A stretch of DNA of 47,923 nucleotides from Verrucomicrobiota bacterium (GCA_028873295.1 JAGWKO010000004.1:1-47923); one strand, 5' to 3'. Numbered from the stretch's first letter, positions 35,095 to 45,536 are shown. The notes: generated by a model not told the origin, from the letters alone. Numbers and translations are program-made.

Positions 35095-35985
35095 ATGAGG
35101 GTCTTCAAACCTGTCGTCTCACTCCTTCTTCTCTCTGGTCTGATTCTTCTTGCCATCCTGCTCTTACAATTCTTTGAGCTTTCGCACTTTCAATCCTACA
35201 TCGCAATCCTTTTTCCCAAAGGGATGATCGGGGTTAAAGAAGCCGACCTTCTCCTGATCATTCAGGCGATCATGCTGATTGTGGTCTTCCCCGTCTATCT
35301 CTTTACCTTTCTCTTTTCCTGGCTCTACCGCTCTGACAATCCGCATGGTATTTATGATCCCGACCTCATCGATCACCGCGTCGCGGAATATTTTTGGTGG
35401 GGGACCCCCCTTGTTTTAACAGCAGTGATCTGCTCTATTACTGTGATTCGCACCTATCAACTCGACCCCTTCAAGCCGATTGTCTCTGATGTTCCTGCGA
35501 AAAGAATTCAGGTCGTCGCCCTGCAGTGGAAATGGCTCTTCATTTATCCGGAAGAAAAAATTGCCAGTCTCAACTTCGTCCAACTCCCTCTCAATACTCC
35601 GATTCATTTTGAAATCACCGCAGACGCCCCCATGAACTCCTTTTGGATCCCTCATCTCGGGAGCCAGATCTACGCAATGCCAAAGATGCGCTCTGAGCTC
35701 TACCTGATCGCAGATGCAGAGGGCGATTTTCCCGGCTACTCTGCAAATATCAGCGGAACCGGGTTTTCCGACATGCACTTCATCGCGCGCGTCTCTAACC
35801 AGGAGGCCTTCGAAGAGTGGGTTGCCCTTGCAAAAAAAAGCAGTGAAAACCTCGATATTCCCTCCTTCGAACTTCTGGCCCGTCCACAGGAAGGGTACCT
35901 TGCTCCGAAGACCTATCGTCTCCAGGATGAAACCCTTTTCGACTATGTACTCATGAAATATATGTATCCACAGGCAATACAATGA
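35095..35985 (+). CDS. cyoA: Quinol oxidase (bo3-type) subunit II
   Basis: WKWLFIYP, MNSFWIP.LG.QIYAM and SANISG.GF..M.F; no CuA ligands. Confidence 0.93.
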   Translation: MRVFKPVVSLLLLSGLILLAILLLQFFELSHFQSYIAILFPKGMIGVKEADLLLIIQAIMLIVVFPVYLFTFLFSWLYRSDNPHGIYDPDLIDHRVAEYFWWGTPLVLTAVICSITVIRTYQLDPFKPIVSDVPAKRIQVVALQWKWLFIYPEEKIASLNFVQLPLNTPIHFEITADAPMNSFWIPHLGSQIYAMPKMRSELYLIADAEGDFPGYSANISGTGFSDMHFIARVSNQEAFEEWVALAKKSSENLDIPSFELLARPQEGYLAPKTYRLQDETLFDYVLMKYMYPQAIQ

Positions 35986-37949
35986 ACTGGGCAGGAAAAC
36001 TCACACTCGACGCTTTTCAGCATGAACTCAGCCAAAATATCGCGGTCGTCTCGATGGCACTTGGCGGGATTGCCATCGCAGGACTTCTCTTCTACCTGAA
36101 ACGATGGCGCTGGCTCTGGGACGAATGGCTCACCTCCGTGGACCCCAAAAAGATCGGGGTCATGTACATCATTACTGTTATTCTCATGTTCACGAAGGGC
36201 TTTGCCGATGCTCTGTTGATGCGACTGCAACAGGCCCTTGCTGTTGGAGACAATCAGGGATTTATTTCCGCAGAGCATTTTCAGGAGATCTTTTCTGCGC
36301 ACGGCACGACGATGATCTTCTTTGTCGGTATGGGAGTCATCTTTGGGCTGATGAATCTTATCGTCCCCCTTCAGATCGGCGCCCGCGATGTAGCTTATCC
36401 CTTTTTAAACGCGGTCGGCTTTTGGCTCTTTGCAGCTGGCGCAGTTTTAACCCTCATCTCTCTTGCCTATGGCGGCTTCTCCATCTCGGGATGGCTCTCC
36501 TACCCTCCCCTTTCAGGCCTCGAATATAGCCCGGGAACAGGGACAAATTACTGGATCTGGGCAGTCCAGGTCGCAGGCGTAGGGAGTACTCTTGCAGGAA
36601 TCAATTTTCTTGCGACAATTCTCAAAATGCGCTGCCCTGGCATGACCTTCATGAAAATGCCCATCTTTGTCTGGAGCGTTCTTTGCGCCGTGGTTCTGAT
36701 CGTCTTTGCCTTCCCCATTCTTACAGCCACGCTCTATCTCCTCACCCTCGATCGCTATATGGGCACGCATTTCTTCACCGTAAGCGGCGGAGGAAACTTC
36801 ATGCTCTACATCAACCTGATTTGGGCCTGGGGACACCCCGAAGTCTATATTTTGATCCTCCCCGCTTTTGGCGTCTTCTCCGAAGTGGTCGCCACGTTCT
36901 CGGAAAAACGCCTTTTTGGCTATGCATCAATGGTTTGGGCGCTTATCTTCATCGCCATTCTCTCCTTTATCGTATGGCTTCACCATTTCTTTGTGATGGG
37001 GGCAAGTCCTGCCGTCAACTCCTTCTTTGGCGTGATGACGATGGTGATCGCGATTCCAACTGGGGTCAAGGTGTTTAACTGGCTCTTCACTAAATTTCGC
37101 GGTCGCGTCCATCTCACATCGCCCATGTTCTGGTTTTTTGCCTTCATTCTCAACTTTACAGTGGCAGGAATGACGGGCATGCTTCTCTCCTCGCCTCCTG
37201 TGGACTATCAGGTGCATAATAGCCTTTTTCTCATTGCGCACTTCCATGGCATGGTTATTGGAGGGGTTCTCTTTGGTTTTTTCTGTGCCTTCACCTACTG
37301 GTTTCCCAAATTCACTGGCCTTGCCCTGGATGAAAAGCTCAACCGCTATGCCTTCTGGTGCTGGTTCCTTGGCTTTCTCATCGCCTTTATGCCGCTCTAT
37401 ATGCTGGGGTTCATGGGGGCAACAAGAAGGTTGAGCCACTATGAAGCCTCTACCGGCTGGCATCCTCTCTTTGTTCTTGTGGGCATTGGGGCCCTCATCA
37501 TTCTCGCAGGCGCCCTTATCCAGACCTATGGGCTCTACACGGTTCTGCGCTATCCGGAGCGCCACCGCGTGCGTTCCTCCGATCCCTGGAATGCAAGAAC
37601 ACTGGAGTGGTGGGCCCACTCCCCGCCTCCTGTCTATAATTTTGCGATTCTTCCCATTGTTGGCAGCATTGATCCGCTCTGGGCGAAAAAAAAGGGAGAA
37701 GCGCCTGAGCAATCCGGCATCTATGAGCCGATCCCCATTCCCAACAATACAGGAATTCCTTTCCTCATCGGGGCTTTTGCCCTTGTCTTTACCTTTGCGA
37801 TTACCTGGGAAGTCTACTGGCTCTCTCTTCTTTCCTTTGTAGCGATTGCGATTGCACTCATCGTCCGCCTTTCCGGTCCTGACACACAGGAACACACCAT
37901 GCTCAGCGCAGAAGAAGTTCAAATGATGGAGCAAAAACTTACGTTATGA
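35982..37949 (+). CDS. cyoB: Quinol oxidase subunit I
   Basis: HGTTMIFF, WGHPEVYI, WLHHF and AHFH heme/CuB ligands. Confidence 0.97.
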   Translation: MNWAGKLTLDAFQHELSQNIAVVSMALGGIAIAGLLFYLKRWRWLWDEWLTSVDPKKIGVMYIITVILMFTKGFADALLMRLQQALAVGDNQGFISAEHFQEIFSAHGTTMIFFVGMGVIFGLMNLIVPLQIGARDVAYPFLNAVGFWLFAAGAVLTLISLAYGGFSISGWLSYPPLSGLEYSPGTGTNYWIWAVQVAGVGSTLAGINFLATILKMRCPGMTFMKMPIFVWSVLCAVVLIVFAFPILTATLYLLTLDRYMGTHFFTVSGGGNFMLYINLIWAWGHPEVYILILPAFGVFSEVVATFSEKRLFGYASMVWALIFIAILSFIVWLHHFFVMGASPAVNSFFGVMTMVIAIPTGVKVFNWLFTKFRGRVHLTSPMFWFFAFILNFTVAGMTGMLLSSPPVDYQVHNSLFLIAHFHGMVIGGVLFGFFCAFTYWFPKFTGLALDEKLNRYAFWCWFLGFLIAFMPLYMLGFMGATRRLSHYEASTGWHPLFVLVGIGALIILAGALIQTYGLYTVLRYPERHRVRSSDPWNARTLEWWAHSPPPVYNFAILPIVGSIDPLWAKKKGEAPEQSGIYEPIPIPNNTGIPFLIGAFALVFTFAITWEVYWLSLLSFVAIAIALIVRLSGPDTQEHTMLSAEEVQMMEQKLTL

Positions 37950-38566
37950 CAGTCCACTATACTCCGCCACTTACACCAGACACGCGCTTTCCTGACCCAC
38001 ACCAAGATATGTTCGCGCGAAATATCCTCGGGTTTTGGATCTATTTGATGACCGATTGTCTTATCTTTGCGACACTCTTCATCACACATGCCATTCTAAA
38101 AGCGGAAACGTTCGGGGGCCCTTCAGGACGCGAACTCTTCGATCTGCCCTACACTTTTGCAGAAACAGCGGCTCTTCTTCTCAGCAGCATCACCTGTGGC
38201 TTTGCCATCCTCTCCTCCCTGCAAAAGAAGCTGAAGTCAGTCATTGCCTGGCTAATCGTTGCTTTTCTTTGCGGCGCTCTCTTTGTCGGACTGGAGCTTC
38301 ATGAATTCTCCTCTTTTGTCGAACAGGGGGCGAGCTGGGCCCGAAGTGCCTACCTCTCCTCCTTCTTTGCTCTTGTTGGAACACACGGCCTTCACGTCTC
38401 TCTTGGTCTCACCTGGCTCTCTGTGCTCATAGGGCAGCTGCTTTTCTATGGCATCACTCCCTTTATCTTCAGACGCCTTGTCATCTTTGCCATGTTCTGG
38501 CACTTTCTCGATCTCGTCTGGATCTTTCTTTTTACCTTTGTCTACCTGTTTGGAGTCCTGTTATGA
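37946..38566 (+). CDS. cyoC: Quinol oxidase subunit III
   Basis: GFWIYLMTDC, LVGTHGLHV and FWHFLDLVW motifs. Confidence 0.96.
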   Translation: MTVHYTPPLTPDTRFPDPHQDMFARNILGFWIYLMTDCLIFATLFITHAILKAETFGGPSGRELFDLPYTFAETAALLLSSITCGFAILSSLQKKLKSVIAWLIVAFLCGALFVGLELHEFSSFVEQGASWARSAYLSSFFALVGTHGLHVSLGLTWLSVLIGQLLFYGITPFIFRRLVIFAMFWHFLDLVWIFLFTFVYLFGVLL

Positions 38567-38907
38567 GTCACGAGCCCTCCTTCGAAGATGTAAAAAAGTA
38601 CTACCACGGCACCTTCCGCTCCTACATCATCGGCTTTTTTCTCTCCCTTCTTCTTACGCTCGCTGCCTTTGGCCTTGTCGCTGCCAAATTCCCTCTTGCC
38701 CTTTGGCTTCCCTCAACCATCGCACTCCTTGCGCTTCTTCAAGCCGGCATCCAGGTCCGCTTCTTTCTCAAGCTCGGCAGTGAAGGGAAACCCCACTGGC
38801 AAAGCATTATCTTTGCCTTCCTCATTCTCGTCCTTCTCATCATCACGCTGGGCTCCCTCTGGATCATGTTTGATCTCAATGCTCGCCTTATGGTTATGCC
38901 TGAATAG
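38563..38907 (+). CDS. cyoD: Quinol oxidase subunit IV
   Basis: YIIGF.LS..LT, Q..FFL and GSLWIM..LN motifs. Confidence 0.93.
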   Translation: MSHEPSFEDVKKYYHGTFRSYIIGFFLSLLLTLAAFGLVAAKFPLALWLPSTIALLALLQAGIQVRFFLKLGSEGKPHWQSIIFAFLILVLLIITLGSLWIMFDLNARLMVMPE

Positions 38908-38999
38908 ACCTCTCCATGGACTTTTATTTCTGAATCACATATTCTGCAAACAGAAAGAAAAAAGAAATAATTACTTTGTTTTTAAGTAATTTATAAGTA

Positions 39000-39599
39000 A
39001 TGGAAAACACAAAATCAAATTCCAGACTTTATCTGTGGGCGCAAAACAAAGCGATTTCTACAAAAGCGCCCCTTTGGATAGGAGTTCTCTTTTTTCTGGA
39101 ACTCTTTCTCCTCATTCCCCTTGACCCGATTCTTCTCTTTTTTTGTTTACAGAGGCGCCCCAACATCTTTCTCTATACGATCACAGCGGCGGTTGCATCT
39201 GTTTTAAGCGGAGCCATGGGTTATCTGGTGGGGCGTTTTCTTTGGGATTTGATGGGGCCCTTTGTTCTTACTCACCTTCTTTCACCAGCACAATTTGAAA
39301 AGCTCTCTTACCACCTGCAAACCTATGAGCACCTGGCTGTCTTTGTAGGCATGCTTCTTCCTTTTCCTCTCAAAGCGCTCAGTCTTCTCTCCGGAGTTTT
39401 CCAACTGGGTTTTCTGCCCTTTGCCCTTTTCATGCTTCTGGCGCGTTTGCTCCGGTTTTCCTTAATCGGCGGGGTAAGTGCGGTATGGGGCGAGAGAGTA
39501 CAACCCTTTATCGAGCGTCATTTTCAACATATTCTCCTTGTTATCGGAGCAAAAGTAGCTGTTGTTCTTCTTTGCGCCTGGCTTTTTTCAAGAGGATGA
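39000..39599 (+). CDS. DedA/YqaA (VTT-domain) membrane protein
   Basis: IPLDPIL, SVLSGAMGY, PFPLK and ARLLRF motifs. Confidence 0.88.
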   Translation: MENTKSNSRLYLWAQNKAISTKAPLWIGVLFFLELFLLIPLDPILLFFCLQRRPNIFLYTITAAVASVLSGAMGYLVGRFLWDLMGPFVLTHLLSPAQFEKLSYHLQTYEHLAVFVGMLLPFPLKALSLLSGVFQLGFLPFALFMLLARLLRFSLIGGVSAVWGERVQPFIERHFQHILLVIGAKVAVVLLCAWLFSRG

Positions 39600-42320
39600 C
39601 TGCGGCAATAAAGAAGTTGGCTCACCTGGGCTCTTCGGCATCGGAGGCATCGAAATGGAAGCAGATTCGATATTCCTCTGGAGTTGCTCTGCCTTCTGCA
39701 GTCTCTCCTTCTTCTTTTCTATCTGCCATTCGCCTGCCATGATCTCTTTGATGTCTGTAGAATCAAGAGTCTCAAACTCGATCAGCATGTGCGCCATGAG
39801 ATCGACTTTCTCTTTTCTCTCTTCTAAAATTTTAACTGCCTTTTGATGCGCCTGATCGATCAGGGACTTCACTTCGCGATCAATCTTCTGCGCTGTCTCT
39901 TCTGAATAGTTCTTCTCATGGTATCCAGCAACACCGAGATATTGCCCCGACTCTGTCCTCTCATCATAGGAAACAGCGCCGAGATTATCGCTCATTCCCC
40001 ACTCGCAAACCATACTGCGCGCCATTCGCGTCGCCTGCTGGATGTCATGCTGTGCGCCAGAAGAGAGATCTCCGACAAAGAGCTCCTCGGCAGCTCTGCC
40101 TCCCATCAAAACAATGAGGCGATCGAGAGCTTCCTTGCGCCAAAAACTAAGCCGATTTTTTGTCGGCATAAAATGTGTTGCACCAAGAGAAAAGCCACGC
40201 GGGATAATCGTCACCTTATCTACAGGATCGCTATGCTCTACGATAAGACCTGCAATAGCATGTCCTGCTTCATGGTAAGCTGTCGTTTTCTTCTCATTCT
40301 CATCCATCTCAAGGCTGCGTCTCTCCTTACCATAACGCACCTTATCGCATGCCTCTTTCACCTCAATCGAAGTGACTGCAGACCTGCCGTTGCGTGCTGC
40401 CAAAAGGGCCGCCTCATTCAAAACGTTTTCCAAATCAGCCCCTGAAGCGCCTGGTGTACTGCGAGCGACATCGTTGAGATCGACAGACGGGTCCATCTTG
40501 ATCTTGCGCGCATGCACCTTCAAAATTTCATAGCGCCCCTTAATATCAGGAAGATCAAGAACAACTCTTCGATCGAAACGACCTGGTCTGAGAAGTGCTT
40601 TGTCAAGAATATCGGGGCGATTTGTCGCAGCCATCAGAATAACGCCCTCTTTGGTGTCAAATCCATCCATTTCCACGAGCAACTGGTTCAGAGTCTGTTC
40701 GCGTTCATCATGCCCGCCACCAATGCCAGCGCCGCGGTGACGCCCTACAGCGTCGATCTCATCCATAAAAATGATGCAGGGAGCATTCTTTTTAGCCTGG
40801 TCAAAAAGATCGCGGATGCGACTTGCACCGACACCCACAAACATTTCGACAAAATCAGAACCGGAAATAGAGAAAAAGGGACGATCCGCTTCTCCCGCGA
40901 CAGCCTTTGCAATCAATGTCTTTCCCGTCCCCGGAGGTCCCACGAGAAGCACACCCTTGGGAATTCTTGCTCCAAGAGCTGTAAATTTTTGAGGATCCTT
41001 GAGAAAGTCGACAATCTCTTTCAATTCCTCTTTTGCCTCTTCTGCTCCAGCGACATCTTTAAATGTGAACTTGTTCTGCTCCTTTGTCATCAAACGAGCC
41101 GGCGACTTACCAAAGTTCATTGCAGAACCACCGACACCCTTCATCTGTTTGGAAAAAATCATGTAAAGGAAGAGGAAAATAAGCAGGACAGGAAGAATCG
41201 TAAGAATAAGACTGAAGTAGTTAGGAGAAGGTTCCTGACTTTTAAAGGTCTTTTCCAGCACTGTGGTGCGCGGCTGATCTGGCGCTCGATAGCCAAGGCC
41301 TTTATTTTGGGAAAAATTCTCCCATTCCTCTTTTGCTTGGGCAAACCAGTAGCTGTAGACCTCAGGATCCTGCTTTTCCAAAGCGCGCGTCGAAAGTTCC
41401 TGATTGTTGAAAAACCAGATCACCGAAGCGACCTTCTGGCGTGCCTTGTCCAGGAGCATACGATTCTGTTCCAGAGCTTGAGCCACTCCGGTATAGTTCT
41501 GCAGTACTTCTCGATAGTGCCGCACAGAGCGAAGAGCTGTGAGGCGAACCCCATTCTCCTCTCTTCCGATCTCCGCAATAAAGCCAGCTACCTGTCCTGC
41601 GATCCTGCGCTCTACAAGAAGAGCTGCCTCACCTGTCGGAAGGGCAGAAAGTTCAGTTTCCCAATCCTTTAACTGCTGCTTCATCGCCTCACTGCCAATA
41701 CCCAAAAGGGGAGAGCGCAATGCAGCCACCAGATCGCGCAATTCCCGCCCGGCAGCATCCAGACTCTCAACTGTTGGCATCTGACCTGCAAGCTCAACGC
41801 TCTTCTGAGCAAGAATAATATTCGGAGTTTCCCTATCCGATAGCTTATGAACGACAATCGCGTTGATACGTTCTGATGTATCGTATTGTGGCCCCACCAC
41901 AGTGTACCCAATCCTGGGAAGAGCCTGACCGCGAATATGCAGGTAAAAATCAGCCGCATCCTCCACCTGTTTTTGCAATTGGACAAGCTCCTCATTCAGA
42001 TAGCGGTCCTCTGCTTCGAGTTGGTGATTCTTCTCCAAAAGCTCAAGGTAGCGGTAGCGCTCTACGCTTTCCTCCGAAAGAGCCTGCTGGAATCTTCCGC
42101 TAAAGGTAACGAGATTCTCATTCTGGGCAATTTTACGATTCTCCTCAGGCACGGTCAGACGTAAATTCGTCAGGTGTTCTGCCTGATGACTAAAAGAAAC
42201 TTTCCCAGACGAAGTTGATGTAACAGACTGAACGACAAGAAAAAAGAGGATCCCAATCACAATAAAGAGAAGCCAGCCTCTTGGAAATTTCTTTTTTTGG
42301 TCAGGTTGCATAGATGCCAT
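39588..42320 (-). CDS. ftsH: ATP-dependent Zn metalloprotease FtsH (long chlamydial periplasmic domain)
   Basis: [23 protein letters not shown] and HEAGH motifs. Confidence 0.98.
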   Translation of the reverse strand: MASMQPDQKKKFPRGWLLFIVIGILFFLVVQSVTSTSSGKVSFSHQAEHLTNLRLTVPEENRKIAQNENLVTFSGRFQQALSEESVERYRYLELLEKNHQLEAEDRYLNEELVQLQKQVEDAADFYLHIRGQALPRIGYTVVGPQYDTSERINAIVVHKLSDRETPNIILAQKSVELAGQMPTVESLDAAGRELRDLVAALRSPLLGIGSEAMKQQLKDWETELSALPTGEAALLVERRIAGQVAGFIAEIGREENGVRLTALRSVRHYREVLQNYTGVAQALEQNRMLLDKARQKVASVIWFFNNQELSTRALEKQDPEVYSYWFAQAKEEWENFSQNKGLGYRAPDQPRTTVLEKTFKSQEPSPNYFSLILTILPVLLIFLFLYMIFSKQMKGVGGSAMNFGKSPARLMTKEQNKFTFKDVAGAEEAKEELKEIVDFLKDPQKFTALGARIPKGVLLVGPPGTGKTLIAKAVAGEADRPFFSISGSDFVEMFVGVGASRIRDLFDQAKKNAPCIIFMDEIDAVGRHRGAGIGGGHDEREQTLNQLLVEMDGFDTKEGVILMAATNRPDILDKALLRPGRFDRRVVLDLPDIKGRYEILKVHARKIKMDPSVDLNDVARSTPGASGADLENVLNEAALLAARNGRSAVTSIEVKEACDKVRYGKERRSLEMDENEKKTTAYHEAGHAIAGLIVEHSDPVDKVTIIPRGFSLGATHFMPTKNRLSFWRKEALDRLIVLMGGRAAEELFVGDLSSGAQHDIQQATRMARSMVCEWGMSDNLGAVSYDERTESGQYLGVAGYHEKNYSEETAQKIDREVKSLIDQAHQKAVKILEERKEKVDLMAHMLIEFETLDSTDIKEIMAGEWQIEKKKERLQKAEQLQRNIESASISMPPMPKSPGEPTSLLPQSSS

Positions 42321-42427
42321 AACTGTCTGATACTCTTTTAGTTTTAAACAATTGAACGCAGAAGGAGATTAAAACACGTCCCTTGGATAAAGTAAAGTGG
42401 AATCCCTCTGCTCGCCCCTCCTTCAGC

Positions 42428-42478
42428 ATATACCGGGAAAAGCTCCAAAGTCAGACTTTTGAGCTTTTCCCGGTATAT
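42428..42478. repeat. 51-bp near-perfect palindrome with TATA ends (MITE-like)
   Basis: ATATACCGGGAAAAGCTCCAAAGTC-A-GACTTTTGAGCTTTTCCCGGTATAT; 24 of 25 positions pair. Confidence 0.85.
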
Positions 42479-42541
42479 ACCGAAAAAGTCGGGCTCTTCT
42501 TTCCGAATAGCAGAAAAGGAATTATCGCATGCATTATTTTT

Positions 42542-44500
42542 TTAACCGGTTATAACAGCGAGGAGTTCATCTTCGCTGCGACCAGCTCTGGCCATTGCAT
42601 AGGCAGTCTCATTCAAAGTCACTTGGCGCCAATCCAGGCCGGGCTCGGAAGCGCTCTTTTGATTTACGATAGAGAGGATCTCTTCTACGCTACGACCGGA
42701 AGAGCCCATCGCGATAGCAATTTTGTGCAAAGCGTTATTACGGGAGTCCGGATCCTTTATTTCTCCCACAAGCATCACGATCTCAGATACACTGAAACGA
42801 CATGAGCCGACATGACTAATAATGCTATTCATGCCATGCAACGCCTTATTTTCTTTTATTTCATTTGCAATGCGCAAAAACCGACTCACATTTTGATCAA
42901 CCAGCAGGGCTGTACGGGCAACATTCTCCAAAGCAGACATGCATTGGTATCTATCTTTTATTGCTCTTGCGACACGCTCAAGTTCATCTGTTGTTCGAAA
43001 ACAGGACTTTACTTTGAAGAAGACGTGCAATAAAAAATTGTCGCGCTGCTTCCGATCTTGTATTGCGCCTGTAACCCTCAAAATCTCTTTCAGACTGCGA
43101 CCTGCAAAGATCATTGCTGTGAGGATATGGCTTAAAGCATTGCCACGCGACGCTCCCTCTATTTCACTTATGCATCGCAGGCTATCGCTCAGATCGCCTC
43201 CAGCGTGGATCGACTGACAGCAAAGGCCTATTTGCAACGTTCTGTCGCGCAATGTCGAATCCCTGATCTCATTTGTGAAGCGCAACAACTCTCCATCTCT
43301 ATCACAGCCAACTTCAGTCAGTGCTAAAACAGCATCGCTTAATACAAAATCGCGATCAGAGGTCCACTGAGCGCAGAAAATTGTAGGGTGCATTTCTTTT
43401 GCAACAAGCAGGATCTCATCTGCAGTGTAACCAGAAGTGGCCATTTTCAAAACAACATCTCCCAAAAATTTAGTTTGGAGATCTCTACTCTGTTGTATCT
43501 CACCTGCGATACGCAAACATTCACTTGCATTGCAATGGGCATCGACCATCTTTAACACAAAAAATCTCAGCCCTCTAATGTCCGCATATGTGTTCTGCAG
43601 CTCTCTTGCAAAGCATAAAAATTCCTCTCCACTGCGACTTATAACTCCTTTTACTGAAACGATATGCGCTAAAACCTCGTAACGGGTATCAATCCCCTGT
43701 ATCGCACTTGCAATATGTAAAAGATCCTCTTCACTGCGGCTTGTTCTGGCTGCCGTATAAACGATCTGCTCCAAAGAAAGATCTCGAAGATCCTCGCGCA
43801 ATTCCCTTACCACGCTCAAGATCTCGTCTGCACTGCGTCCAACAGAAGTCATCGCAACCGCTATATTGTTCAAACTCCAGCTGCGAGTGCCATTCAATGG
43901 ATCATCTATTTTGACAGACAAAAGCTCTTCGACACTGCGACCTGCGAATACCATCGCAAGAACAATAACGAGCAACTCAGGCTCGCGCTCTTCTGGACCA
44001 GGCATCGTCTTTGCAACTTCAAATGCTGGAGAAAATGCCCTTAGCCGAGAGAGCTCTCTTGACTTCTGCTCAGGTGTCAAACTTCGCTGGCAGACTCTTG
44101 CACTCAACCCAATCTTTTCCCACTCAGGGGGAACGCCAGATGCAATCGCACTCAGCTTGGCAAGCGTCAAATCGGGAGATCCTAAAATGGCCGGCTCTAC
44201 CTCTTTCTCCTGGCCCATTGAAAAGGAAAAATGATCGACAATCCAACGTCGCGCAAAAATCGCCACATCAGATCTCATTTGTCTGGAAACAAGAGAGCAG
44301 AAAAATAGATCCCTTGTTTCCAGAAAGGAATAAATTAGGGAAGAATTGTCTATCGATAATTTAAAAATTAAAGAAATCTTGCTATAAGAATTCGATCTGT
44401 CTTCACCATCACGAACGCTCATATGACGATTGTCCAGAGAAATAAACGTCAAATTATTTGTTGATATAATAGCAGAGTTCATATTATTAATAAGGCACAT
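42542..44500 (-). CDS. F-box-like protein with ~38-aa helical repeats; putative effector, paralog 3
   Basis: KLSIDNSSLIYSFLETRDLFFCSLVSRQMR is F-box-like. Shares the GVPPE, RAF..AF and LAMVFAGRS linker and the repeats; start may be 44482. Confidence 0.78.
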   Translation of the reverse strand: MCLINNMNSAIISTNNLTFISLDNRHMSVRDGEDRSNSYSKISLIFKLSIDNSSLIYSFLETRDLFFCSLVSRQMRSDVAIFARRWIVDHFSFSMGQEKEVEPAILGSPDLTLAKLSAIASGVPPEWEKIGLSARVCQRSLTPEQKSRELSRLRAFSPAFEVAKTMPGPEEREPELLVIVLAMVFAGRSVEELLSVKIDDPLNGTRSWSLNNIAVAMTSVGRSADEILSVVRELREDLRDLSLEQIVYTAARTSRSEEDLLHIASAIQGIDTRYEVLAHIVSVKGVISRSGEEFLCFARELQNTYADIRGLRFFVLKMVDAHCNASECLRIAGEIQQSRDLQTKFLGDVVLKMATSGYTADEILLVAKEMHPTIFCAQWTSDRDFVLSDAVLALTEVGCDRDGELLRFTNEIRDSTLRDRTLQIGLCCQSIHAGGDLSDSLRCISEIEGASRGNALSHILTAMIFAGRSLKEILRVTGAIQDRKQRDNFLLHVFFKVKSCFRTTDELERVARAIKDRYQCMSALENVARTALLVDQNVSRFLRIANEIKENKALHGMNSIISHVGSCRFSVSEIVMLVGEIKDPDSRNNALHKIAIAMGSSGRSVEEILSIVNQKSASEPGLDWRQVTLNETAYAMARAGRSEDELLAVITG

Positions 44501-44512
44501 TGTATTTGATAT

Positions 44513-45442
44513 CTAAATAATTATCAACAAAACAAGAACCCCCTTCCTAACTTGAAAGTAGGGCAGAAAAGCCTTTGTTTTTCTGGAAAAGATAGCAGAG
44601 ACAACCTGATCGAGAAGATCGCGCGACACTCTCATTCCATATTCCTTACTTTTCTTCTGGATCCAGTAGCGCGCCTCAAAGGGGTCGAGATCTTTGAGAT
44701 CGACGCTATAGCCACAAGATTCCCTCTGAGCGACAACCTTATCTATTCTTCTTTCCAGATAAGCGCGAAGAGAAAAGGCGCGCTCAGAAAGCAGAAGGAG
44801 ATTGTCAAAAAAATTCTTCCCGAACCCTTCGCGCAATGTGGGAAAAAGAGTTTGCCTCATTCTTCCCCGTAAATAGGCAGGATCGAGATTGGTTGGGTCC
44901 TGGAAAAAGGGAAGAGAGCGCTTTTTGAGAAAGCTGAGAATCTCCTCCCTTTTCACAGAAAGAAGAGGCCGCCAGAGCGGGGGGCCCTCTTGTTGCAATG
45001 AGACCTCTTCCATCCCGCCAAGAAAGGGGAGATGGGCTCCCTCCAGAAGGCGTTTTAGAACAGTCTCTGCCACATCCTCAGCTCGATGAGCTAGCACAAT
45101 TGCCTGACATCCGAAGGGAGCAACAGTGCGGAAAAATTTAAATCTCTCTACACGCGCCGCCTCTTCTCGATTGCGCAAAGGGACCTCCTGCAGTCGCGTA
45201 CTGTAAAAAGGAATCCCAAGCTTTTGTACCTCAAGGCATAGCGCCTCAGATTCCTGTCTGCTCTCTTCTCTCCACCCATGATCTACATGAGCAACTTGAA
45301 GAGTGTGGCACCCAGCCTCAAGAAGCGCATAAAGAAGCGCTTTGGAGTCAGGCCCCCCGGAATATCCCAGCAGTAGAGGACTTTTGCCATCCCATAATAC
45401 CCGGCACATTTTCTTTACAGCCCAAACTACTTTTTTCCCCAT
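44513..45442 (-). CDS. tilS: tRNA(Ile)-lysidine synthetase
   Basis: YSGGPDS PP-loop, HVDHGWR, AH..ED.AET, WRPLL and DPTN motifs; start uncertain. Confidence 0.94.
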   Translation of the reverse strand: MGKKVVWAVKKMCRVLWDGKSPLLLGYSGGPDSKALLYALLEAGCHTLQVAHVDHGWREESRQESEALCLEVQKLGIPFYSTRLQEVPLRNREEAARVERFKFFRTVAPFGCQAIVLAHRAEDVAETVLKRLLEGAHLPFLGGMEEVSLQQEGPPLWRPLLSVKREEILSFLKKRSLPFFQDPTNLDPAYLRGRMRQTLFPTLREGFGKNFFDNLLLLSERAFSLRAYLERRIDKVVAQRESCGYSVDLKDLDPFEARYWIQKKSKEYGMRVSRDLLDQVVSAIFSRKTKAFLPYFQVRKGVLVLLIII

Positions 45443-45496
45443 GAACAGGTTCTTATACCTCAAAAAAAATCAAAAATCCATTACCAGAAAACGGCC

Positions 45497-45525
45497 TAGC
45501 AATTTACTAGCAAATATGGTATAAT
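45497..45525 (+). promoter_or_regulatory. Extended -10 promoter for the LRR-NEL gene
   Basis: TGGTATAAT with TATAAT at 45520-45525; TAGCAA lies 17 nt upstream. Confidence 0.5.
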
Positions 45526-45536
45526 TTGTATAAAAA

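Noticed and set aside
36927-37934. 335-aa minus-strand ORF
   Set aside because: Antisense to cyoB; hydrophobic codons produce stop-poor, K/E/R-rich shadow frames.
40512-41672. 386-aa plus-strand ORF
   Set aside because: Antisense shadow of the conserved FtsH AAA domain, with no recognisable motifs.
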